Positions 8,940-17,111 of a stretch of 64,000 nt of DNA are shown piece after piece. The notes beneath the pieces were generated by a model. That model was not told the origin of the DNA. It worked only from the letters and a program-made list of their open reading frames with translations, and made no database searches. Every line of letters begins with the position of its first letter. Position 1 is the first letter of the stretch. Source of the stretch: an uncultured Gammaproteobacteria bacterium (GTDB taxonomy: Bacteria > Patescibacteriota > Microgenomatia > UBA8517); the NCBI GenBank assembly GCA_964599625.1, contig CAZRGC010000001.1, positions 51,019-115,018 of the forward strand, written 5' to 3'. Made by a program: the position numbers and the translations under genes.

Positions 8940-11705
8940 GTGCTAAATATATTCTCAAAACTTCTTGATCTTAATCAACGCGAAGTGGACCGTATTAAAA
9001 AGATTATTGTAAAAATAAACGATTTGGAGGGTAAAACAAAAAAACTCAAAGATGCGGACTTTGCCAAAAAAACTCAAGAATTTAAAAAACGTTTGGAGAA
9101 AGGCGAGACTTTGGAGGAAATTTTGCCGGAGGCGTATGCGTTGGTACGCGAGGCTTCTTATAGAGTCCTTGGTAAAAGACATTATGACGTTCAGTTGATT
9201 GCGGCAGTTGCACTTTTTGAAGGACGTGTTGCAGAACAAAAAACAGGTGAAGGTAAAACTTTGTCTGCAGTTCCCGCGCTTTACCTTAGGGCCTTAACAG
9301 GGCAGGGGGTGCATTTGGTAACAGTAAACGATTATTTGGCGAGACGTGACGCCGGTTGGAATGCCCCCATCTTCCACATGTTGGGAATGACAACTGGATC
9401 AATTATTCAAGAAACTAAATCGTTTGTTTACGATCCCAAGTTTTCTGATTCAAGTCACGGGGACGAAAGGCTTGCGCATTTGAGACCGGCCGAGAGATCT
9501 GAAGCATACAAGTGTGACATTTTGTACGGAACAAACAATGAATTTGGTTTTGACTACCTTCGCGACAACATGGTTAACTCGTTGGCCGAAATGGTGCAGC
9601 GTGGACACTATTTTGCAATTGTAGACGAGGTGGACTCGGTGCTTATCGACGAAGCAAGAACCCCTTTAATTATTTCCGCACCCGACACGGAGCCAACCAA
9701 AAAATATTATGATTTTGCGGCACTTGTAGAAAAGTTAAACCCAGATACCGATTTTAAGATAGACGAAAAAGCCAAAAGTGCGACTCTTACAGAGATGGGA
9801 ATAACCAGAGTAGAAAAACTTTTGGGTGTAGATAATCTTTACGAAAAAGATTTCGACAGCATTCACCATATAGAAAATGCACTTCGGGCAAAAGCAATTT
9901 ATCTAAGGGATCGGGACTACGTTGTCAAAGATAACCAAGTAACAATTGTTGATGAATTTACAGGACGTCTTATGGTTGGCAGGCGTTGGAGTGACGGACT
10001 CCATCAGGCAGTGGAAGCCAAAGAAAATGTAACAATTCAACAGGAAAGTAGAACCCTTGCAACAATCTCTTTCCAAAATTATTTCAGGCTTTATACACAC
10101 CTTGCGGGTATGACGGGTACCGCCTCCACAGAGTCGGAAGAATTCAGAAAAATTTACAAACTGGAAGTAGTGGTTATCCCCACACATAGAGAAATGGTAA
10201 GAAAAGACAAAGGAGATATGATCTATAAAACTCTAAGGGGAAAATACGGCGCAATTGTAGAAGAAATCGCAGAACGTCACGAAGTGGGTCAGCCTGTTCT
10301 TGTCGGTACTACCTCTATCGAGAAAAACGAGATAATTTCGGAATATCTCAAACGAAAGAAAATTCCACACAATGTTCTTAATGCCAAAAATCATGAGAAA
10401 GAAGCGGAAATAATTGCTGAAGCAGGCAAGCCTGGTGCGGTAACTGTTGCCACCAACATGGCGGGGCGTGGGGTGGACATTGTTTTAGGCGGCGCTATGC
10501 CGGATAGACGTGCGGGTGAAACCAACGAAAAGTATGAGTCCTCGAAAGATTATAAAAGTTGGAAAAAAGTTCACGACCAAGTCCTTGATGCAGGAGGCCT
10601 TTTTGTTATTGGAACAGAACGCCATGAAGCAAGACGTGTAGATAATCAGCTCAGGGGTAGATCGGGTCGCCAGGGGGACTCCGGGACTTCCCGATTTTAT
10701 CTTTCACTCGAGGATGATCTTATGAGAATTTTCGGAGGAGAACAAATAAGCGGGATTATGGACAGACTTAACCTGCCCGAAGATCAACCGATAGAAAACG
10801 CCCTCATCAGTAGAGCAATTGAACAGGCCCAAGTAAAAGTTGAAGGTTTCCATTTTGATATACGAAAAAGACTTGTTGAATTTGACGACGTTGCCAACCA
10901 GCAAAGAGATATTGTTTATAAACTCCGAAAAAGAATACTTGAGTCAACAGATGTAAAAGATGAAGTTGTAGAAAAGTTGAACCACCAACTGGAAAAAACA
11001 TTAATGATGGCAACAAGTGCAGAGACCGAAACAGTTGACGATGATCAGTTGGCTGTTGGACTTGCAGAGATGGTGCCTTTTGATGACGAATCTCTAAAAA
11101 GAATTAAGGGTGAAATAAAAATGCAAAAAAACAAATTGGAATTTTTGCAAAATGTTTTAAAAGATATTTATACAGCACGCGAGAAAGATTTGGGGGATAA
11201 AGTAATGAGAGAAGTGGAAAAGTATGCGTATTTGGGTGCGATAGATCATTTGTGGATGGATCACATAGACCACATAGATGACCTTAGGGAAGGGGTAACT
11301 CTTAGGGCCTACGGGCAACGCGACCCCTTGATCGAATTCAAAAACGAAGCCTACAGACTTTTTGAAAACCTCATAGATAAAATGGACGAAGAGCTTTCAC
11401 ACAGAATTTTCCGTATTGGGGTTGCCACACCGCAATCCGAAATACCACTTAATTTGGCAAGAGAAAATTTGGATAAATCTGACCTTACAGGTCTTTCCGG
11501 GAATGCCGATAAAACTGCAAAGTCAGGAGCTAAAGCTTTTGATAATAAAAAAATTTCAAGAAATGACCCTTGTTGGTGCGGAAGCGGAAAAAAGTGGAAG
11601 AAATGCCACATAAATAGGGAACCGCAAACGGCACAGGAACGTGAGGCCTATAACCTATTTTTCAATAATCCAGACGAATGGGATCGAAGGTTTGGGAAGA
11701 AGTAG
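8940..11705 (+). CDS. secA: Preprotein translocase SecA; codons from 11600 onward are supplied by the integrated element
   Basis: KTGEGKT, VTVNDYLARRD, AIVDEVDSVLIDEARTPLIIS, ATNMAGRG, QLRGRSGRQGD, SEC-C RNDPCWCGSGKKWKKCH. Confidence 0.98.
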   Translation: MLNIFSKLLDLNQREVDRIKKIIVKINDLEGKTKKLKDADFAKKTQEFKKRLEKGETLEEILPEAYALVREASYRVLGKRHYDVQLIAAVALFEGRVAEQKTGEGKTLSAVPALYLRALTGQGVHLVTVNDYLARRDAGWNAPIFHMLGMTTGSIIQETKSFVYDPKFSDSSHGDERLAHLRPAERSEAYKCDILYGTNNEFGFDYLRDNMVNSLAEMVQRGHYFAIVDEVDSVLIDEARTPLIISAPDTEPTKKYYDFAALVEKLNPDTDFKIDEKAKSATLTEMGITRVEKLLGVDNLYEKDFDSIHHIENALRAKAIYLRDRDYVVKDNQVTIVDEFTGRLMVGRRWSDGLHQAVEAKENVTIQQESRTLATISFQNYFRLYTHLAGMTGTASTESEEFRKIYKLEVVVIPTHREMVRKDKGDMIYKTLRGKYGAIVEEIAERHEVGQPVLVGTTSIEKNEIISEYLKRKKIPHNVLNAKNHEKEAEIIAEAGKPGAVTVATNMAGRGVDIVLGGAMPDRRAGETNEKYESSKDYKSWKKVHDQVLDAGGLFVIGTERHEARRVDNQLRGRSGRQGDSGTSRFYLSLEDDLMRIFGGEQISGIMDRLNLPEDQPIENALISRAIEQAQVKVEGFHFDIRKRLVEFDDVANQQRDIVYKLRKRILESTDVKDEVVEKLNHQLEKTLMMATSAETETVDDDQLAVGLAEMVPFDDESLKRIKGEIKMQKNKLEFLQNVLKDIYTAREKDLGDKVMREVEKYAYLGAIDHLWMDHIDHIDDLREGVTLRAYGQRDPLIEFKNEAYRLFENLIDKMDEELSHRIFRIGVATPQSEIPLNLARENLDKSDLTGLSGNADKTAKSGAKAFDNKKISRNDPCWCGSGKKWKKCHINREPQTAQEREAYNLFFNNPDEWDRRFGKK
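11586..11626. other. attL-type junction (secA half + attP half), crossover AA at 11598-11599
   Basis: GGAAAAAAGTGG-AA-GAAATGCCACATAAATAGGGAACCGCA; right arm is an imperfect inverse of 28355-28380. Confidence 0.85.
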
Positions 11706-11707
11706 GG

Positions 11708-13276
11708 TTAGAATCGCCAGTCTATCTCAATCTTGCCGTTACCCGCTCTTATCTCTTTAATGATTGCCCGAAGGAAGTGTTTTTTCTCTTCTAAGTTGGC
11801 ACTGTCCCATAAGATATCGAAGTCTTCCAATGATTTAGTAAATTTCTCCAATTCTTTGCGACGTTCGTTTACCAGTTGAAGCTTAGTTTTATATTCATCG
11901 GTAACCACATGGTATTTATTTTCTTCCTCGTCTAAACGCTTTATATTGGCTGCGTACACCTCAATTGAATCTATACCCGCCTCATAGGCTTCTTTTACCC
12001 GTTCACGGCGTCTATCGATGTCAGCTAGGTGTTTAGCCGCTAGGTTGGCGTCAGCTTCGAGGTTTTCGGTAATAGTGATGTTCTTATCCAATATCAGTCG
12101 TTCTCGGGCCGTAGGATTGTTTACAAGGTTCCTAATTTGGTTCAAAACGAACTCTTCTAGTCTAGTTGCACTCATTATCCGTCGTTGGCATATTCCTGTG
12201 TATTTATAGCCACCACACAAATATTCGTATGTTATGGTGTCGTTCCATTTAGGATTCTTTTTCTTTCGATTGTGATGACGGGTTAAATAGGTTACACCCG
12301 ATCCACAACGGATACATTTAGCTATGCCCGTTAATAGCCCACGGCTCATCCTTGCCCGTCCTTTTTGGGAATTTCCTCGTATCTTTTTCTCTTTTTGGGC
12401 TAATTTGAAGATTTCCTCAGTAATAATTGGGGCATGTTGTCCGTTTTCGACAATACCCTTATGATCCCTTAGTTTTCGTTGCTTGTTTTTGGCATAGTCG
12501 GCATGCCTCCATCCCCAAAGTACCTTTCCCGTATAGGTTTGGTTTTGTAGCATGTATTTGACTGCCTGCGCACGCCAATATGGGCCTCTAGGGGGTTTAA
12601 CCCCTTTTGTAGTTAGTTCAAACGCAATGCTTTGGGTACCTTTCCCTTTGATGTATTCGTCAAATATCCATCTGACGATTATTGCTTTTTCTTCATCAAT
12701 CTCAATTTTTCTCTGTACTTTGTTCTTTTCGTCGATCCAACGGACAATAACATAGCCGTAGGGGACGTTGTTTGGTATTTTTCCTGCCTTAGCCACTGCC
12801 AATTTACCCATTGTCATTCTGCGTCTGATCTTGTTGCGTTCGATTTCGGCCATCGTATCGCTAAAACCCTCTACCATAATGCCTAAATCGTCGTCTGTGG
12901 GATCGTAAAGTTTTGGATCTCGGGGTTCTACGGGAGTAGCTACGGAGTATGTTTGGATGAACATTTTTTTCAAGTCATCCCTAGCCTTGGTAGCATACGA
13001 TTTGTTACGGGCAAAACGATCAAAATCTTTGACGACTACTAGATCGAATTTGTAATCTGACGCGTCCTGCATCATTCTCTGGAAACCTAATCGTTCCTCG
13101 ATTAAATGTCCGCTTTCTACATCTTGATAGGGATCGGCCACTAATTCCCAGCCGTGATCGGCTATAGCCTTTTTACAAACTCGAATCTGATCTTGAATTG
13201 ATTCTTTCCCGTCGGCTTGTTCTTTTGTGCTAACACGGGCGTATATGACGGCCCGAATCTTAAATTTATTTTCCAT
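11708..13276 (-). CDS. Large serine recombinase (integrase)
   Basis: YARVST catalytic Ser, D..SG, DRFAR, PYGY recombinase domain, Y.G, H.PII, LLTG..KC..CG zinc ribbon, coiled coil. Confidence 0.95.
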   Translation of the reverse strand: MENKFKIRAVIYARVSTKEQADGKESIQDQIRVCKKAIADHGWELVADPYQDVESGHLIEERLGFQRMMQDASDYKFDLVVVKDFDRFARNKSYATKARDDLKKMFIQTYSVATPVEPRDPKLYDPTDDDLGIMVEGFSDTMAEIERNKIRRRMTMGKLAVAKAGKIPNNVPYGYVIVRWIDEKNKVQRKIEIDEEKAIIVRWIFDEYIKGKGTQSIAFELTTKGVKPPRGPYWRAQAVKYMLQNQTYTGKVLWGWRHADYAKNKQRKLRDHKGIVENGQHAPIITEEIFKLAQKEKKIRGNSQKGRARMSRGLLTGIAKCIRCGSGVTYLTRHHNRKKKNPKWNDTITYEYLCGGYKYTGICQRRIMSATRLEEFVLNQIRNLVNNPTARERLILDKNITITENLEADANLAAKHLADIDRRRERVKEAYEAGIDSIEVYAANIKRLDEEENKYHVVTDEYKTKLQLVNERRKELEKFTKSLEDFDILWDSANLEEKKHFLRAIIKEIRAGNGKIEIDWRF

Positions 13277-13284
13277 ATTTCTTC

Positions 13285-13512
13285 TTATTGTTTATCAAAT
13301 TTGATCCCAATTGATTCTAAGTATGCTAAAACATCTTGTTTCCTAAAACGTCTGTCGTTTCTTGAGCCAACACGAACAGCAACAAATTTTTTATCATCAT
13401 CCCATTTACGAAGTGTCCAGGGATTTACCCCTAGAATCCTAGCGGTTTGTTCTAGTGTTAGTAGTAATCCCCATGTGTCGGGGTTTGATGGTGAAAATGG
13501 TACTGTTGTCAT
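13285..13512 (-). CDS. MerR-like HTH protein (excisionase/RDF candidate)
   Basis: LLTLEQTARILGVNPWTLRKWD..RRFRKQD; immediately upstream of the recombinase. Confidence 0.75.
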   Translation of the reverse strand: MTTVPFSPSNPDTWGLLLTLEQTARILGVNPWTLRKWDDDKKFVAVRVGSRNDRRFRKQDVLAYLESIGIKFDKQ

Positions 13513-13568
13513 ACAAGTAAAACTAATTTATACTAAGTTAACATAAAGAAATTTAAGAAACAAGCAGA

Positions 13569-14366
13569 ATGAAAAATGTAATAGACGACGCTAGGACATT
13601 GGTTTCTAAATTGGAGAAATCCATATCACCCAGTAATGAATGGAAAATTGTAAGTGTTGCAAAAACTTCAAAAAAGATAAAGTTGCCTAGATCACTGGCA
13701 AAACTGGATTGGTTTCAGTACTCTCACGAGGATACGTTGGATATATTAGTGAAACACGGTGTAATTAAGGGCGTAACGTATGATTGGTGGTTTTTGGGAT
13801 TTAAGAGTATAGATTCTCTGTGGGGTAGAAATAGGCCTGAGGAATTGGCTGTGGATGATGGGATAGTTCATATTGCTCAAAAAGTGAGACTCATTAGGAA
13901 AGATCAGATAATCGAATACTATTATGTAATTCCCTCTGATGATCGCGGCCCACAACCTCCTGGTTTGGCATCCATATTGGTAAATAGGGAACAACTGAAA
14001 AATTTCAAGAAAACACTAGATAGTTTGAAGGTTATGTTCAATGACAACGATAGTTGTTTGGAATTTTTGGGCGAAAGTCTTCAATTCAAAAAAATGGAGA
14101 AAGAGTGTGTAAAATTGTTGATTAAAAATTTGAATAAACCCGTTTCATATAAAGACTTTTATGAAGTCAGAGATGGAAGTTACACTACAAAGGCAATAGA
14201 GCAGGGAAAAAGTGATGCAGATGAACCGTCTCGGGCCATGTTCAAAAGAATTAGGGCAAAAATCTACAAAAATAAAAAATTGAAGCAAGTCTTGCTTCTA
14301 AGTGAATCAGTTGGTTTCAAAATGAAAGTAAATCGAGACGCCTTAGAAAAATTTCTTCTGATCTGA
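13569..14366 (+). CDS. Hypothetical regulator with C-terminal OmpR-like winged helix
   Basis: C-terminus E...VKLLIKNLNKPVSYKDF...FKRIRAKI...VGFKM resembles Trans_reg_C. Confidence 0.45.
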   Translation: MKNVIDDARTLVSKLEKSISPSNEWKIVSVAKTSKKIKLPRSLAKLDWFQYSHEDTLDILVKHGVIKGVTYDWWFLGFKSIDSLWGRNRPEELAVDDGIVHIAQKVRLIRKDQIIEYYYVIPSDDRGPQPPGLASILVNREQLKNFKKTLDSLKVMFNDNDSCLEFLGESLQFKKMEKECVKLLIKNLNKPVSYKDFYEVRDGSYTTKAIEQGKSDADEPSRAMFKRIRAKIYKNKKLKQVLLLSESVGFKMKVNRDALEKFLLI

Positions 14367-14456
14367 TAAAAGGATCCTCTTTTAAGTTTCGTCCCAATCC
14401 GTCCTAGTTGTGTATCTTTTTCCGTCCCCAAATCTGGGGATACCCTAGAGACTGAT

Positions 14457-14654
14457 ATGGAAAATCAGTCTAGTAATTCCACTAGCAAAGATAAGCGTGA
14501 TCGGTTAATTGGCAATGCCGTAGAGGCATACGCCACACTATTCCGTTCCGTGTTGGACAGAACGCAACGGGAGTACATGTCCAGGCAAATAAAAAAGGGT
14601 ATACAAGCAAAAAAATTAAAAGATGAATATGAAAAACACAGAGTACAAGTCTAA
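14457..14654 (+). CDS. Small hypothetical protein
   Basis: 65 aa ORF at the head of a three-gene overlapping unit. Confidence 0.45.
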   Translation: MENQSSNSTSKDKRDRLIGNAVEAYATLFRSVLDRTQREYMSRQIKKGIQAKKLKDEYEKHRVQV

Positions 14655-14871
14655 CGATCTATATCAAGCGGTAGCTCTCAAAACAGCAGGAATGCCGTTA
14701 CTTCGGCTGGAAAAGTCCTCGGGACACTTCTACATTTTCGTGTTCGATGATCCAAATAACAAAGCAGAAGAGATTTTGTCGCAATTTTGGGCCAAGACAT
14801 TACAAGTAGATGCAAAAACGTTTGTTGAAAATATAAATGAAGCTAAGGCACGCATTCATCAAGGCCTATGA
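14623..14871 (+). CDS. Small mobile-element protein (DUF5659-like)
   Basis: DLYQAVAL..G.PL..L......FVF.......F......VDAKTF pattern; stop overlaps next start (ATGA). Confidence 0.55.
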   Translation: MNMKNTEYKSNDLYQAVALKTAGMPLLRLEKSSGHFYIFVFDDPNNKAEEILSQFWAKTLQVDAKTFVENINEAKARIHQGL

Positions 14872-15470
14872 AAAAACAAAAACCCTATCAGAACAAAAGA
14901 CAACTAAAACAAGCCTACGAGAAGTTTGGATCGACAAGAAGGGCAGCGAGGTTTTTTGGAGTTACAAACGGAACGATAATCCGTTGGATGAGACATTTTC
15001 ATCTTCCCAGAATTCCCAAACTATATTTATATGACAATCACTCTGGTTGGGGACGCCTAGCTGAAAAATATATTAGCAGACATCCATATTTTCGGAAGTA
15101 TTTCCGAGACGTTGGCGATTTCGATGACAAATCCAAATATGATGCGTTATGGTACTGGGATCGTGTCAACGTTAAATCTACACACAGCAAAGGAAAAAAG
15201 TGTTTCAGGATAAAGAAGAAAAAACACGACGTGGCGTATTACATTTGCTGTGTATACGATGACAAAATTGATCCGTTAATTCCCATCGAAGTTTTTATTA
15301 TTCCCGCTTCGGACGCCCCTAGAACGACTATTACAGTTTCACTAAAAACATCTTGTAAGTATGCAAAGTTTAGGTTGAGTCTACAACGGGGCAAGGCGTT
15401 TTCGATCAAGGACGAGATCAAATATAACGAGCAATTCAAGAATATATATAAGTACCCGAAGTTGAAATAA
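14868..15470 (+). CDS. HTH plus PD-(D/E)xK-like nuclease domain protein
   Basis: N-terminal HTH (AARFFGVTNGTIIRWM); G..GRLAE, KYDAL...VNVKS, DVAYYICC, FIIP. Confidence 0.5.
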   Translation: MKKQKPYQNKRQLKQAYEKFGSTRRAARFFGVTNGTIIRWMRHFHLPRIPKLYLYDNHSGWGRLAEKYISRHPYFRKYFRDVGDFDDKSKYDALWYWDRVNVKSTHSKGKKCFRIKKKKHDVAYYICCVYDDKIDPLIPIEVFIIPASDAPRTTITVSLKTSCKYAKFRLSLQRGKAFSIKDEIKYNEQFKNIYKYPKLK

Positions 15471-15821
15471 CGTCAGAGAGAATTTGGAAAATTTTACCGA
15501 GGCATTTTAGCCTGAGGATACCTGGCGAGGGTAGCCCTGCAAGTCCGCAGTGATCGAGAAGCACTATAATAGCCGATTGCAGATAGCCCACCTGATTGAA
15601 GCGAGGGTATACGAAATATAACACAAGGGAAGACGTTGGGAAGAATGAAAAAATGTCTGAGACGATCTAGTGTTACGCACCATGCACTCGTCCCTTCTGC
15701 ATGTATCATCGGCAGTTTAGGTTAGATGGTTGGCTTAAACCTTCCGAGAGAAAACGGAGAAAAAGGTTGAAAATACCCTTTTTTCCTTCCTATCGCTCGG
15801 GTTCCGAAATATACATAATTT

Positions 15822-17111
15822 TCAATTACTGTAAAACCAATCCCATTCTGGGTTATCTACTTCTAAAATCTTACTCTTTAGCATTTTATACACTCCATCC
15901 TCTTTGATTGTTTGCCATGTGCCTTCGTAGTAATGGTAATCTACCTCGCCATCATTCCAATTTTTCGTTGAAAACTTAACAAATACTGTGTCGTCGGAGT
16001 TTTCAAATGGTTCGGTGTGAATGACATCAACATCTAGTATATCCGTGAACCTGTTTGTCCATTCCTCATAGTTGGTTTTCTTTAGATAATCGGTGCTTAG
16101 TAGATTGAATCCGTCCTGCATTCTTCTCGCCTTAAGATATGTGTAGAATGCCTCAACGGCTTTTTCTGGTGACTCTGAGGGATCTACTTGTATTTTGGTT
16201 ATATTTTGATCGGTAAAACTAGGAACAGCCGATCTTGCCCAGTCGCCGTCAATAAAAAGCGATAAACCCGCAAGACTAAGCGTGTTAATTCCTACGACTT
16301 GGCCACACTGATCTAATAGTGGCCCGCCACTCATGCCCTGAACCAAGCTAATATCCGTTTGAATGTAAGCCACAGGCATTTGTTTAGATTTTCTAAAATC
16401 CACAAATCTACCCTTAACAACAGTTGCATTGCCAACCAGATCAGTCCCCAAAGGATAGCCCGCAGCAATAAGCGGTTCATCAGCATGTAAGACTACACGT
16501 TCGGGTAAAGGCAAAACCATGTCTGGATATATATTGTCGGTAAATAGCACTGCCATATCCTCATCCTTGTTACCAATAATCTTATTAGGTGTGACAAAAT
16601 TCCCATCTGGGAAAATGATCTTGGGGCTTGGCTCGTCAGCTATAACATGGAAGTTAGTAATAACCTGATCGGGGGCAATAAAAAATCCTGTTCCTTCTGA
16701 ATACCCTCCAACTACTCGAACTACTGATTTTTGGATGGTATCTCTGGCTCCGATTGAACACAAAAATTTTCCATACCAGCCGTACTGCGTTCGCAGATAA
16801 TCGGCGATGACGAATAGGGAGGCTACCATGTAAGCAACAACACCAATGACAAACAATGATTTTAAGAAATTCTTTAGGCTTTTGAAGGGGTAAACGAAAG
16901 TTTCAAAAAAGATTTTGATCAGGGCAATAATAAATTTGATTGTGAATTTTACGATGTAGTAGGTGGTATAGGTTACAAGTTTGATGGGGAATTGATAAAT
17001 GGGGAATAGTAAGCGTTTGAAATAGGCCTTTAGCCGAGTTGTAGTATTTTTATAAGTATCCGAAATTTTTCGAGATAGCCTATCGAATTGTTTTTCAAAT
17101 ATGCTTATCAT
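15822..17111 (-). CDS. Membrane-anchored trypsin-like (S1C) serine protease with extra C-terminal domain
   Basis: Hydrophobic N-terminus; GTGF, ITNFHV, DMAVL, GYPLG, QTD....GMSGGPL catalytic His-Asp-Ser; no PDZ domain. Confidence 0.85.
   Translation of the reverse strand: MISIFEKQFDRLSRKISDTYKNTTTRLKAYFKRLLFPIYQFPIKLVTYTTYYIVKFTIKFIIALIKIFFETFVYPFKSLKNFLKSLFVIGVVAYMVASLFVIADYLRTQYGWYGKFLCSIGARDTIQKSVVRVVGGYSEGTGFFIAPDQVITNFHVIADEPSPKIIFPDGNFVTPNKIIGNKDEDMAVLFTDNIYPDMVLPLPERVVLHADEPLIAAGYPLGTDLVGNATVVKGRFVDFRKSKQMPVAYIQTDISLVQGMSGGPLLDQCGQVVGINTLSLAGLSLFIDGDWARSAVPSFTDQNITKIQVDPSESPEKAVEAFYTYLKARRMQDGFNLLSTDYLKKTNYEEWTNRFTDILDVDVIHTEPFENSDDTVFVKFSTKNWNDGEVDYHYYEGTWQTIKEDGVYKMLKSKILEVDNPEWDWFYSN

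Noticed and set aside
11679-11690. GGATCGAA shared with 28321-28328 as an att core
   Set aside because: The AA crossover explains both the palindromic attP and the restored secA frame; this 8-mer explains neither.
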